Source of the DNA: a virus
Lineage: Duplodnaviria; Caudoviricetes
IMG/VR virus record: IMGVR_UViG_3300035307_000014
Coordinates: 1 to 62,089 of that record
DNA: 62,089 nt
Strand: one strand, 5' to 3'
Position 1 is the first letter of the stretch, and every line of letters begins with the position of its first letter. A program made the position numbers and the translations under genes. Positions 48,643-58,186 of this stretch are shown piece after piece. The notes beneath the pieces are model-generated. The model searched no databases and had not been told where the DNA came from. It saw only the letters and a list, made by a program, of their open reading frames with translations.

Positions 48643-49614
48643 CTACCTGAAGTGCTTCGACAGCTTAAGCCCCTGATCCTGATAGTGCGAGCCGATCTCC
48701 GCCCCGTAAAGCTGCTCAGGAACTGTCTCCATGCGCTCATAGACGATGCTCCCCACGATCTGCCCGTCTTCGAGCGCGAACGGCGAATAGGCGCGGATTT
48801 CGAGCACGGCGCGGCCAACAAAGCCAGGGTCAAAAAACCCTGCGTAATGAACGCGATATTCTCCCATGTTAGCGTTAAAGGGCAGCATCTCAGCGGCGTG
48901 CGTCGGCGGAATGGACACGGCCTCTTTCGATGCCAGGATGTAGAATTGATCCGGATCGAGGATCATCCGGCCGTCTCTGGCGTGGATCGGCTCCCAAAAG
49001 TCTGCGGCGTCGTGCTGGGCCACAGCATCAACATCCACAGCTCCAGTGAAGCGCTTTGCTCGGTAGCCGACAACGCCGTCGCCCGCGAGGTCAATGCTCA
49101 CCGTTTCATTGCGCCGCGCCGTCCCCGCCAATGGCGCCGGACGCTCGAACCGCAGTTGCGCCAGCCTGGAACCGGGCCGAACGATCACGGGGAACGTCTG
49201 CGGACATATCACCGCAAACAAAGGCCCATCGTATCCTGGGGCGATGCGGTCGAACTCCGTCGAGCCGTCTCCGATCACCCTCACGAATACGTCAAGGCGC
49301 CCGATGGAGCTTTTGGGGTTCGCGATCACCGTCGCATCGGAGCCGAGCAGATATTCCTGGAGTTGGGCGACGTAGACGCAGCCCGTCTCCAGTATCGCGC
49401 CGTCGAGGATATTCACCTCTCCGATGGCCAATCCAGCCAGCTTCTCGCGTACAGTTCCGGCGCCAGGCAAGAAGCTCGCCCTCACGCGCCACGTCGGCCC
49501 AGCCAAGCGGAGGTCGAGACTAGCGGGCTGGATCTGAGATGGCCACACACGATTGTTGGCTGATATTGCGCCACCGTTGATGAGTGCGTTGATGGACTGG
49601 CAGGATAGGATCAC
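48643..49614 (-). CDS. dcd: dCTP deaminase (two-domain alphaproteobacterial type)
   Basis: QIQPASLDLRL, ANPKSS.GRLDVF, EYRVHYAGFFDPGF, YQ.QGLKLSKHF. Confidence 0.92.
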   Translation of the reverse strand: MILSCQSINALINGGAISANNRVWPSQIQPASLDLRLAGPTWRVRASFLPGAGTVREKLAGLAIGEVNILDGAILETGCVYVAQLQEYLLGSDATVIANPKSSIGRLDVFVRVIGDGSTEFDRIAPGYDGPLFAVICPQTFPVIVRPGSRLAQLRFERPAPLAGTARRNETVSIDLAGDGVVGYRAKRFTGAVDVDAVAQHDAADFWEPIHARDGRMILDPDQFYILASKEAVSIPPTHAAEMLPFNANMGEYRVHYAGFFDPGFVGRAVLEIRAYSPFALEDGQIVGSIVYERMETVPEQLYGAEIGSHYQDQGLKLSKHFR

Positions 49615-49940
49615 CGCGACACCTCCACGTTGGCGTCAGGATGCGCCTTGCAGGCGTTCAGATAGCTCTCGACGAAGGGTACGAAGTGTTTATACAGGCC
49701 CCATCCATTAGAAGCGTTGAACTGTTCGAAGTGTTCTGGGCGCGCCTTCAAGTCAGCCAAGCCCTTCTCAAGAGGCTGAATGAGCTGTTCGGCCTTGGTA
49801 ATGCCGATCTCATCTGGACGCCACAGGCATTGATAGATGCCAGCCTCCGACGCCATCTTGCCGAGGTTGTGGGTTATGTTCCCGTCATGCACGCACTTCT
49901 CTTCAGTCACGACTTTTGTCAGGTAAACGTCTAGGCTCAT
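49611..49940 (-). CDS. conserved phage protein
   Basis: MSLDVYL..NITHNL..M..AGIY..LW..NGWG pattern. Confidence 0.65.
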   Translation of the reverse strand: MSLDVYLTKVVTEEKCVHDGNITHNLGKMASEAGIYQCLWRPDEIGITKAEQLIQPLEKGLADLKARPEHFEQFNASNGWGLYKHFVPFVESYLNACKAHPDANVEVSR

Positions 49941-50137
49941 GCTGCTATTTCCTTTGATTGAGCTACCATCGCCGCACGTAGAAGCGTGGTTGCGGACTCG
50001 ATTGGCGTGTTCCTGCTTCTATAAACGTGCTCAAACGTGCGCGTCATAGAATTTATCCGCAGCCTTATCATGGTTTTGCGTCCTTCTCTTCCCGCTTCTC
50101 AAGCGAGCGTATGAAATTGCTTTACAATGGGTATTCG

Positions 50138-50740
50138 TCAAACATCACACTCCAATGCCATCGCGAAGGCGTCGTCTCGCGTGACGCCAAGATACAAATG
50201 CGTGGCGGACGGGTTTGAATGACCAAGCAACTCCTTGATCGCTACAATGTTTTTCGTTTTAGCATACAGGATAGTCGGCTTCGTCCTGCGGATACTGTGT
50301 GTCGAAAACATGGTTCCATCGATCTTGATCATGTCGCACCACTCCTTCACTCGGCGTTGATATTGCCTCGTGCTGACGGCGAAGACTCTAGCGTCTGGGT
50401 CCATCAATTCAGCATGCTCTAACCACGCATCTAACGCCTCCCGAGTTTTGGGGAGCAGGACGCATTCGACAGTCCGCTTCGTCTTCTTCTGTTGGAGAAC
50501 AATCTTCGGTAGCGTCTTCCCACCCCGAGACACGTCATCAACTGTTAGGCTTGTCAGATCGACGGAGCGCAGCATCGTATCAAGCCCCATGCGGAGCAAT
50601 GCGAGATCGCGGATTGATGTCGTGCAGTCGTCCGCCTTGAGCAGATTTTCCAACATCTCGATATTCTGTTGTGTGAATGGACGCATTTGACCGACTTTGC
50701 GCCCAGGCTTCTTTGCTGACTTTTTACGTCGTATTTTCAT
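50138..50740 (-). CDS. tyrosine recombinase, catalytic domain only
   Basis: MLR, K, HSIRR, LLGH, YLG residues; GGAGG RBS. Confidence 0.88.
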   Translation of the reverse strand: MKIRRKKSAKKPGRKVGQMRPFTQQNIEMLENLLKADDCTTSIRDLALLRMGLDTMLRSVDLTSLTVDDVSRGGKTLPKIVLQQKKTKRTVECVLLPKTREALDAWLEHAELMDPDARVFAVSTRQYQRRVKEWCDMIKIDGTMFSTHSIRRTKPTILYAKTKNIVAIKELLGHSNPSATHLYLGVTRDDAFAMALECDV

Positions 50741-51024
50741 TACCACCTCCATAAATGCGACATATGATAACAAGGATGGTGGGCTGTGGCAACCAAAAGT
50801 GTTGTCTTGTATGGCTAATCTCTTAGATACGAATATCGCTTACTATCTAGTAAGCGCCTGTCGCTTTTTATAGATTGGATAATTTCTAAAGTTCGCGAGG
50901 TGCGCCTCTGCATCTGAGGCATTGCGCCACACCCCGTGTCAAAGCCCCAAAACCCGTCCTTGTGGCACGCACTTTGCTTCTGTCGCGAGCGCGCCACAGG
51001 GGGAGGGTCTAGCGACACATCCCC

Positions 51025-51255
51025 TCAGCCACCAGCGCCAAGGAGCATCACTATTATTTCCGAGTACCTCGCTTTTAGGGCGCGCTCCATCTCACCTTCC
51101 TCGCGGTTCATGACTTCCATGCGGGCCTCGTTGATGGCGATCCAAAGGGCCAACGTCTGAGGCGGGGTGAGGGGAACGCCATTGATAGTGACGTCCGCAC
51201 GCAAGGCAAGGCGATCAACGCCGCTTGCGGGTCTATTTTCGATGGTGGCTTTCAT
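51025..51255 (-). CDS. hypothetical protein, similar to 51776-51982
   Basis: VTINGVPLT..Q..AL.IA. Confidence 0.55.
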   Translation of the reverse strand: MKATIENRPASGVDRLALRADVTINGVPLTPPQTLALWIAINEARMEVMNREEGEMERALKARYSEIIVMLLGAGG

Positions 51256-51546
51256 TCAACAGCTCTCCCAAACGCCGTTTCTCAGAAACCCGTGCCAATG
51301 CCCAATCCAGTGGACACTTGGCGTCAGCGTCGGCTTCTCCACGTTGCCGTCCCAAATCCATGACGGGCTTCCGTGAGGCTTGAAGTCCAGCGCTCTTATT
51401 CCACCGCAACCGCACGGGCAAATGTAAGTCACGCCCGCTGGCTCATTGTCGCCAGCAACGAAGTACTCAAATGATCCGGCTTCTTTAGCCTCGTCAATGT
51501 CGTCAACTCGCTTGGCTGTAACTGGATTGGTTCTTACATCAGTCAT
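51256..51546 (-). CDS. DUF6527-like zinc-binding protein
   Basis: CPCGCG..W.WDG....PTL.PS....HWHG.LR.G.W. Confidence 0.7.
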   Translation of the reverse strand: MTDVRTNPVTAKRVDDIDEAKEAGSFEYFVAGDNEPAGVTYICPCGCGGIRALDFKPHGSPSWIWDGNVEKPTLTPSVHWIGHWHGFLRNGVWESC

Positions 51547-51779
51547 GATGGGAACCTACTTTGAACGTCAAGCATAACGGCCGCCAGCTTTAGCCCGTCT
51601 GGCGTCAACTCATTCATTGGCAAACCCTTGTATGGGCCATCTTCAAACAACCGGCAGCGCTGGGCTATGCCAAGTTTTACGAGCTGGGTTCTGGCTGGCT
51701 TCGAGATAAGAGCGCCATCCCAAACGGGGCCTTGCTTCAGTTGTTGAATGGCGTCAACGTCACATTGTGATAGCATCAT
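51543..51779 (-). CDS. small winged-helix-like protein
   Basis: GPVWDG.LISK..R..LV..G...LT..G. Confidence 0.55.
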   Translation of the reverse strand: MMLSQCDVDAIQQLKQGPVWDGALISKPARTQLVKLGIAQRCRLFEDGPYKGLPMNELTPDGLKLAAVMLDVQSRFPS

Positions 51780-51982
51780 TTTTTTGGGTCCCTATCCGAG
51801 ATAAGCCTGATGATTTCCGAGCAATTATTTTCGTTTATCTTCGCAACTGCAATGCCTTCCTCATCCTCCCCAAGTCCATTCTCTCGCATATCGACCCAAA
51901 AAGCGGTAACTGCGATACGCAAAGTCATCGACTGACCAAGGGTGAGCGTAACGCCGTTTATGGTGATATTGGCCTCTTGCAT
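51776..51982 (-). CDS. hypothetical protein
   Basis: AGGAG RBS; ITINGVTLT. Confidence 0.55.
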   Translation of the reverse strand: MQEANITINGVTLTLGQSMTLRIAVTAFWVDMRENGLGEDEEGIAVAKINENNCSEIIRLISDRDPKK

Positions 51983-52075
51983 TTTGCTCCTATCTGAAAT
52001 GCTTCGACAGCTTCAACCCCTGCGCCTGATAGTGAGACCCGATGCCCGAGCCGTAAATCTGGCTCGGGACTTCGG

Positions 52076-52603
52076 TCAGAACGGCGGCGGTTGCTGCCAC
52101 CTTCGAACTTCCAAACTCGGCAACATCCGCCACGCATCCTCAGCCACCGCCACAATCTCAACGCCCACCTCGGCGTACATCCGGGCCGCATGCGCGCAGT
52201 TCTCTCGCCAGCGGTCGCCAAAGTCGCTCTGCTCTGTGTGCGGGTACACGACGCGCCAAATTCCGCTTTGGATGATCAGCCCAGCGCATGTCGCACATGT
52301 CGGCACGAACGGCGCCGGAACCCAGATGTGCATGGTGCATCCGTCCAGACGCTCACGGGCGAAGGATAGGGCGTTCTGCTCGGCGTGGATCACTCGCGGA
52401 TACTTCACTTGGCGGTCGGCGAACAGTTCGGGACTGTCGTCGCATCCGCGCGGGAAACCGTTAACACCCAGCGACGCAATCGTGTTGTCCGGGCGCGAGA
52501 TCACGGCGCCGCATTTGGTGGACGGGTCCTTGCTCAGTCTGGCCGCCACATAGCGGGCGATGCCGAGGTATTCGAGATCCCAGTTGGTGGTCTTGCTCAT
52601 CAC
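52076..52603 (-). CDS. dCMP deaminase
   Basis: SKDPST..GA, NG.PRG, HAEQNA, CATC. Confidence 0.9.
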   Translation of the reverse strand: MMSKTTNWDLEYLGIARYVAARLSKDPSTKCGAVISRPDNTIASLGVNGFPRGCDDSPELFADRQVKYPRVIHAEQNALSFARERLDGCTMHIWVPAPFVPTCATCAGLIIQSGIWRVVYPHTEQSDFGDRWRENCAHAARMYAEVGVEIVAVAEDAWRMLPSLEVRRWQQPPPF

Positions 52604-52772
52604 GCCTCCCTCCGCGCTATCCGCTCTCGCGCCAAGTCAGCAACCGACTTCCGCGTCTTCCTCGCGATCACGCGCTCAATATCCCGCATGGTTTCGGCGG
52701 GGATTGACCGGGGAGGTAGCCTGTCGGCTCGATACGTGTGGGTGACGGCGGCGGGCTTTCGGGGTGCGCTGT

Positions 52773-53087
52773 TCATTGGTCGGCCCCGTGCAACTTAGTG
52801 GCGTCCCACACATCCCACTCCCGCCCAATGGTGGCGCCACGGTCAGCAATCACCATCCGCGCAGCATCCCCTCTCTTCGGCTCTGCAAACCAGCCAACAT
52901 GAACCACGCACTCACGATGTCCGCATAAGTCGTATGGAAACGGCAGGAACTTCACTTCGGCTTCCGGGCCGGTTTCGTCGGCCGGGCGCAGCCACACATC
53001 ATTGCGTATGCGCCTCCATCCCCAGTCGATGGATGCGGTGTTGTCCGCTTGGCGGAGATTGTCGGCAACGAGAAATTCGCCCATCAC
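52773..53087 (-). CDS. hypothetical protein
   Basis: Coupled operon member. Confidence 0.5.
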   Translation of the reverse strand: MMGEFLVADNLRQADNTASIDWGWRRIRNDVWLRPADETGPEAEVKFLPFPYDLCGHRECVVHVGWFAEPKRGDAARMVIADRGATIGREWDVWDATKLHGADQ

Positions 53088-53788
53088 GCCACCCCTTCCG
53101 TCTTGACCACCGCATCATGCCGAACCGGAAGGAAAATCCCGGCTTCGGCATGTTTCTGCATTATCTCCCGAACCCAGTCCTTGACGTCCACCTGCGGCGT
53201 CCCCGAGTCCGGAAAGCGATCAGTGACAATCGCAGTCCCAGCTTCGCGCTGGGCAATGCCTTTGGCCAGTTCGTTCCACACAGCGGTTGCAGCGGCGTCC
53301 GTGGTGGCCTTCGGCCCAACGTGTCCGCACGCGCAGCGGATGAAACGCGCGTCGCCGCTGATCTCCCGGCTCACGTTGTCCTTGGCCTTGCAGACTGGGC
53401 ATGGGGCGCATGTTTCTTCAAAGTCCAACATATTAATCTCCTCAAGCGTTCCGACATTCGCCAGTCTCAACAGCACATCCCCGTGGCACGGGTCGCCTTC
53501 CGCGCAGAAACACATCAGGGTTTTCCCGCGCAATTCACTTAGCCTGTTCAGGATAAAATTCCGACGCTCTCTCTCGACCCACCACAGATTTCTTTCGCTG
53601 ATCCAATCGTCGAACATATGGACGGCTTTGGCCTGAGCTTCTATTGGCGAGAGTTCAGGATTTAGTTCCTGGACGCCTTTGACGGTGAACGGGTTCCCGA
53701 ATTTGCCGGGGCGGCAGACGCTGACGGCTCCTTCTGGGGCTTTCCAGCCTCTTGTGCGCTTGCGCTGGATGCGTCGAGGCTCAACCAC
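53084..53788 (-). CDS. DUF4326-like domain in frame with a Lar-like zinc ribbon (internal RBS/ATG at 53431)
   Basis: RIQRKR..GW..P..V.RPGKFGNPF; L.CFC...CHGDVL; CPVC..CACG...A...WN. Confidence 0.7.
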   Translation of the reverse strand: MVEPRRIQRKRTRGWKAPEGAVSVCRPGKFGNPFTVKGVQELNPELSPIEAQAKAVHMFDDWISERNLWWVERERRNFILNRLSELRGKTLMCFCAEGDPCHGDVLLRLANVGTLEEINMLDFEETCAPCPVCKAKDNVSREISGDARFIRCACGHVGPKATTDAAATAVWNELAKGIAQREAGTAIVTDRFPDSGTPQVDVKDWVREIMQKHAEAGIFLPVRHDAVVKTEGVA

Positions 53789-54056
53789 GGCCGATCCTAT
53801 CAGCCAGGGCAACCAAGTCGTGCCCCCGCTGTCTGAGTGCATCCAGGACCATGCGCAGTCGATTGTCGCGGTTGGCAATGTATTTCTTTAGGCTGTCAAT
53901 CTGATTTTGGACTATTTCGTCAATGCCGATTCCGGACTCGATATATTCTAAGCGCCGCAGCTTATCCGCGATTTCATCGCGTTCTTGCCTGCACTTGTCG
54001 CACTTCTGGCATGCCGTCCCAAGAAGCAGTGATCCTTTGCATATCGCTTCATTCAT
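53781..54056 (-). CDS. hypothetical protein
   Basis: AGGAG RBS; CKGS..LGTAC..C..C. Confidence 0.55.
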   Translation of the reverse strand: MNEAICKGSLLLGTACQKCDKCRQERDEIADKLRRLEYIESGIGIDEIVQNQIDSLKKYIANRDNRLRMVLDALRQRGHDLVALADRIGRG

Positions 54057-54139
54057 AATAATATCTCCTGCAATTCCTCAAATCATGCTACAGTATTGGC
54101 GCGTCGCCATCAACATAATTTCACCAATCCCGAATAGAA

Positions 54140-54469
54140 TCATTCAAGCACCCGAACAACGCCCTCGAATTTTTCCCACACATACCCCTCCATCTTCAGC
54201 CTCTCATGCGCCGCACTGACTTCCGTCTTCTTCATCCACGCCAGCGACATGGAGCAATCGACGCAACGCCACGGCCCAATGTCTTTGAGCCATGTCGCGT
54301 ATGCCGAAAACTTCGGATCGTCGGCGCGGGTGATCAGCAGCAGGACCGCCAGCGGTTTTGTGTATGGCTTTGGCGCTTCCGCCACACGCAACGCGTTTTG
54401 TGTGTGGTGGGCCATACGCATCAGCTCAACGCTCTGCCCACGAGGGTTCGCCAGGCGAGTGCAGCGCAC
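54140..54469 (-). CDS. hypothetical protein, paralog of 47781-47999 (start uncertain)
   Basis: Alignment by eye. Confidence 0.6.
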   Translation of the reverse strand: MRCTRLANPRGQSVELMRMAHHTQNALRVAEAPKPYTKPLAVLLLITRADDPKFSAYATWLKDIGPWRCVDCSMSLAWMKKTEVSAAHERLKMEGYVWEKFEGVVRVLE

Positions 54470-55091
54470 GCGGGGACTTGTGCTTCGCCGTCGCGGCCAT
54501 CTTCAGCAGAATATCCCGGAATTCAACCGGCGTGGCGTTCCGGATCTCGGTCTTGCGCTTGCCACCAACCATCGCCATCATTCCAATCCGCCTGGCCTTC
54601 TCGTAGCCGTATCGTTCGAGGGCGACCGGATGCAGCCGCTGCGGCAGGCGATCCCAGCACAGTTCGGGAAGCTCCGTGTGGCAGGCGTACAGCCATGTCG
54701 GCTTGCGCGACAGGTGCCCGTAATGGCCTTGCTCGACATAGCAAGTCCATCCGCCTTGGCTGTCGGCGCGCGCCCACCCGGCTCCCCGTTTGGGTTTGCT
54801 CAGCCCGAAATGCGCCCAAGCATGGCTGTCTGCTGGGTGCTCCAGCACGCCACCCCACTTGCGGACAGATGCCAGGGCCGAAGCGAAACAGCCATCATCA
54901 GCGCCAAGTTCGAACTGGTGAGGCTTGCGCGTAGACCCGTGCCAAAACTTTCCCCAGCGTTGGCACGGTGGATGCAAAACGCAAGGGTGCGGCCCCGCGT
55001 ACTGGCGCGCATCCCTGGTGATATCCCAAGGATCGACGCCATCAACGCCGAAATAGCAGCCGTTTGTTTCGACGAAGAGAGCGGAGATCAT
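54426..55091 (-). CDS. atypical C5 cytosine methyltransferase-like protein
   Basis: HPPC, VLEHP and RKPTWL motifs; motif I is not the canonical FxGxG. Confidence 0.55.
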   Translation of the reverse strand: MISALFVETNGCYFGVDGVDPWDITRDARQYAGPHPCVLHPPCQRWGKFWHGSTRKPHQFELGADDGCFASALASVRKWGGVLEHPADSHAWAHFGLSKPKRGAGWARADSQGGWTCYVEQGHYGHLSRKPTWLYACHTELPELCWDRLPQRLHPVALERYGYEKARRIGMMAMVGGKRKTEIRNATPVEFRDILLKMAATAKHKSPRALHSPGEPSWAER

Positions 55092-55672
55092 TGGGCGGCC
55101 TCCGTATGCAGAAACTTCTGAGCCAGATCCTCCGCTTCCGCCATATCGGCTTGCGCCTGGCCAACGGCGTGATTTGTTATCCCCGTGCGATAGGTGGTCA
55201 CAGCGTTGGCGAGCTGGCTCAGCAGGTTTTCGAGGGTGGCTATGCGCTTTCCCGCTTCCTCCAGTCTGGCGTCGCGCTCGTGAATGAGGCGGTCTGCTAG
55301 GTGGCGGCTTTTCTTCTCTGCCGTGAGGGAGACTTCCAGCGCGGAGATGCGGGCGCGAAGTTCCTCCACCACGAACGCCGCCGCGCGACTTCCGGCCGCC
55401 ATCTGTGTAGCCCTGCATGCTGCGTCTCCCGCCTCGGCATGCAGACTCAGGATCTGGGCGCGCAGCTCGTCCTCTATGGGGCGGGCGTTCCATAGTTCTT
55501 TGGGGTCGATGTGATAGTCGGCAGGAAACTTAAAACTGATCCTGCATTCTGCGCACCCGTATTCACGCCAATCGACGATATTGTATCCCGCGCGAGATTT
55601 GTCCTTGTATGCCTTATGACGGGCGGCTCCTCCGCAGAACGGGCAGGGCTTGAGTTCGATGGCGTCGGTCAT
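55088..55672 (-). CDS. Lar-family zinc ribbon with coiled coil
   Basis: LKPCPFCGG..C..C..WNAR. Confidence 0.7.
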   Translation of the reverse strand: MTDAIELKPCPFCGGAARHKAYKDKSRAGYNIVDWREYGCAECRISFKFPADYHIDPKELWNARPIEDELRAQILSLHAEAGDAACRATQMAAGSRAAAFVVEELRARISALEVSLTAEKKSRHLADRLIHERDARLEEAGKRIATLENLLSQLANAVTTYRTGITNHAVGQAQADMAEAEDLAQKFLHTEAAQ

Positions 55673-56037
55673 TGTGCGGCCTCCGCATACGCCTGCAAGC
55701 CCTGATAACTCACATCAACGCCCGCAGGCCAATACGGAGGAGCCTTCTTCAGCCCCGCAAGGTCTTCGCGAGCCTCATCTATCATATCGCCGATGGCTGG
55801 CAGTTCGTCCTGGTGACGGCGTGCCTCCTTCAGCAGGAAGTCAGCCTGCGCCTCAGATATCGCGCGGCACACCTCATGATAGTAGTACGTCTGAAAATCT
55901 CCGCTCCATGAGCCTTTGAGGATTACGTATCTCTGCCCGGCGTTTATTGGTCCGCAGCATTCGCAGCACTTACGGGTCTTACCGCGCGAACTGCGAATGT
56001 GGGTTGTCTCGGTCATGAATTCTGGGGCGTCAGCCAT
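55669..56037 (-). CDS. Cys-rich phage protein
   Basis: CCECCG.I..GQRY...G.W.G....H..C. Confidence 0.6.
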   Translation of the reverse strand: MADAPEFMTETTHIRSSRGKTRKCCECCGPINAGQRYVILKGSWSGDFQTYYYHEVCRAISEAQADFLLKEARRHQDELPAIGDMIDEAREDLAGLKKAPPYWPAGVDVSYQGLQAYAEAAQ

Positions 56038-56530
56038 TGGCGGCCTCCTTTATCTTCGCCAGCACGTCCCGTCCGGCGTCTGTGAGCTTCACAGTGTCGG
56101 CGTCCAGCTTCTTGAGTAGTCCGCGCGCCACGAGGCGGTTGATGGTCACCGACGCGAACGAGCTGCCATAGCCGTTGAAATCGGACCATGATCCGCTAAC
56201 GATGCAGAGCAGGCGGTCGTACTTGTCGGCGGACTCCAGGGCGTCAATCTCGGCAGTCGAGAGCGGCTTGGCATGGGCGGCGGCTTCTTTCGCGGCTTCC
56301 GCATCCTTGATATCAGCCAGCAAGAGCCGCCCTTCGGCCGTGATATACGCGACCGTGTTCGAACGAGGCTTTTTCATTAGGTCCAAGTCGCACAGCTTCT
56401 TGAGCGTTCCTGGAGACACTTTGACGCCGTTGTCTGCGATCCATCCATTGATGGCTGAGTTGATGAGGTCGCCAGCTTCAGCGGCTTTCAGTGCCTTGAT
56501 CTGGGTGGGGGTGAGTTTGGGGGTGGTCAT
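56030..56530 (-). CDS. protein with two winged-helix-like repeats
   Basis: LTPTQIKAL..ITAEGR and LSTAEIDAL..LTDAGR. Confidence 0.6.
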   Translation of the reverse strand: MTTPKLTPTQIKALKAAEAGDLINSAINGWIADNGVKVSPGTLKKLCDLDLMKKPRSNTVAYITAEGRLLLADIKDAEAAKEAAAHAKPLSTAEIDALESADKYDRLLCIVSGSWSDFNGYGSSFASVTINRLVARGLLKKLDADTVKLTDAGRDVLAKIKEAANG

Positions 56531-57117
56531 GCCGCCGCCCTCGCCATAGAAGCCCGCATTTGCCGCGCCCATTCCTGGAGCGCCTGAAAATGCCAGTTGG
56601 CGTCAATGCCGTATTTGCGGCAAAGCTCCTCGCTGTCGTTGACAAGCTCGTAGGCTTCATCCTCGGACAAGTCGTCGGCCCTGGCATTGGTCAGCAGAGA
56701 CCTGCACGCTTCCTTGCGGGCGTCAGGACAGTCGATGCGGTCACCAACGAGGTCAACGATGCGCTCCATTATGCTTGGATCGCCTTGGCGGAATTGGTCG
56801 TATGCGTTGCGAACGATGCTCTTTGCGGTTGCGTAGGCGTTATATTTCAACTCATGCGTTGACTTGCTTGTCAGATATTCGAAGTCGCCGTGGCTGATGA
56901 TCGCGAGCGTCTCCTCCAGCGTCGCGAACCCGTGGCAGCCATACGCTGAGCCGCCAAGGTCGCCACTCACAAACACCGATCCTGGTGTCCATGTGACGAC
57001 GAAGTGATTATGGATGTCTTTGCCGCGAACCATCCAAGACTTGCTTGGATAGTCGCTGATGGCGTGGCTTGCGAATTCTTCGGCGGCGATTGCGGCGATA
57101 ATTTTGTCTGCGGGCAT
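56527..57117 (-). CDS. conserved phage protein
   Basis: W.PG.V.VSGDLG...YL.SK; GAGGA RBS. Confidence 0.6.
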   Translation of the reverse strand: MPADKIIAAIAAEEFASHAISDYPSKSWMVRGKDIHNHFVVTWTPGSVFVSGDLGGSAYGCHGFATLEETLAIISHGDFEYLTSKSTHELKYNAYATAKSIVRNAYDQFRQGDPSIMERIVDLVGDRIDCPDARKEACRSLLTNARADDLSEDEAYELVNDSEELCRKYGIDANWHFQALQEWARQMRASMARAAA

Positions 57118-57118
57118 C

Positions 57119-57589
57119 TCAAATCCTCTCGAATTCGCCAAGGCAGATCACGCCCTTGGCGTCGTAAATTGTCGGCATGGTGACGCGGATCATCTCGCCA
57201 TTTGCTGGGATTTCGGATGGAGCGAGATCGCCGATGAAGAATTCGCCGTCCTTGTACGGGACGGTGTCGCCAACCATCGGATAGAAGTCGTGGCGCTTTG
57301 CCATCGCGCCGATGGTGTCGAGCAGCGCGTTCTTGGCGACGGCGGCCAGTTCGTTGCCTTCGACGGCGAAGATGGGCAGGGACGCCTGATAGATGCGGGC
57401 CAGCTCCATGTCTCCGATGTATTTCAGTCTGTGCGGAGTGAAATAGTTGCGGATCTGCTGGAGCAAGAAGCGCCACTCGGGTGAATGCTGCTTCACGACG
57501 TCCACCCCCTGCGGGATGGCTCGGGCGACCTCGCGGATGGCGTTGATGGATTGCTGCATCTCAAGCCTCGCTCGCGCTGCTGCGCACAA
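57119..57589 (-). CDS. hypothetical protein (start uncertain)
   Basis: Operon context and GC3-rich codons. Confidence 0.5.
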   Translation of the reverse strand: MCAAARARLEMQQSINAIREVARAIPQGVDVVKQHSPEWRFLLQQIRNYFTPHRLKYIGDMELARIYQASLPIFAVEGNELAAVAKNALLDTIGAMAKRHDFYPMVGDTVPYKDGEFFIGDLAPSEIPANGEMIRVTMPTIYDAKGVICLGEFERI

Positions 57590-57836
57590 GAATTCCGTTC
57601 AGAATCTCATTTGCCGCCCTCATCGACGCCACGCGCCGCAGAAAGACGTACCGCCGCTGTGCAGCCTCCCAATCTTCGAATCCAGTCTCGATAACCTCGG
57701 TATTGCGGTTCACTTGGACAGGTAAAATGTTTTGGCCTTGGCATTTGGCTGAATAACGGACCTGCCAAGCCATCGCCTCAGCCTCGTAGGCGATGGCTGC
57801 TTCGTATAGGTCCTGATCGGTGATGTATTGCTGCAT
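57561..57836 (-). CDS. hypothetical protein
   Basis: Coupled to the upstream gene. Confidence 0.5.
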   Translation of the reverse strand: MQQYITDQDLYEAAIAYEAEAMAWQVRYSAKCQGQNILPVQVNRNTEVIETGFEDWEAAQRRYVFLRRVASMRAANEILNGILVRSSASEA

Positions 57837-58012
57837 TATGGTTTCTCGTCTTTCCCGGTGTCTTCCGTCTTTGGCCCAACGCCGTGGCGCTCAGCCTCTG
57901 TTCTGAGCACGCGTTCGAGCACGGCGTATTGCTTTTCGCCTGTTGCAGCCGCGATCAGCCGCAACAGGCGTAGGGCGTAGGGCGTAATCTTCGATGTGAT
58001 TAGCTTTGGCAT
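57836..58012 (-). CDS. ribbon-helix-helix-like regulator
   Basis: TSKIT..ALRLLR.IAA.TGEKQY.VLERVL; palindrome directly upstream. Confidence 0.6.
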   Translation of the reverse strand: MPKLITSKITPYALRLLRLIAAATGEKQYAVLERVLRTEAERHGVGPKTEDTGKDEKP

Positions 58013-58013
58013 G

Positions 58014-58138
58014 GGTGTAAATGTACACCTTTCGCGGCGGATGCGCAAGGCCATTTCGACACCGTGGTGGAAATGGTCATTTTGCCATCGCCATCTGTTT
58101 CACGGGCCATTTTCCCTCATTTCACGGCAAAAATGGCC
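58014..58138. promoter_or_regulatory. cluster of inverted repeats (operator-like)
   Basis: GGTGTA-N4-TACACC; GGCCATTTC..GAAATGGTC; GGCCATTTT..AAAATGGCC. Confidence 0.5.
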
Positions 58139-58186
58139 TCTGTGGAGGGGTCGGGAGCGGGAATGACGCCTTACTCGCTGCGGCGG

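Noticed and set aside
48637-49563. 308-aa plus-strand ORF opposite dcd
   Set aside because: Shadow ORF with no recognisable domain
54206-55121. Long plus-strand ORFs opposite the methyltransferase-like gene
   Set aside because: No motifs; the minus-strand genes are translationally coupled
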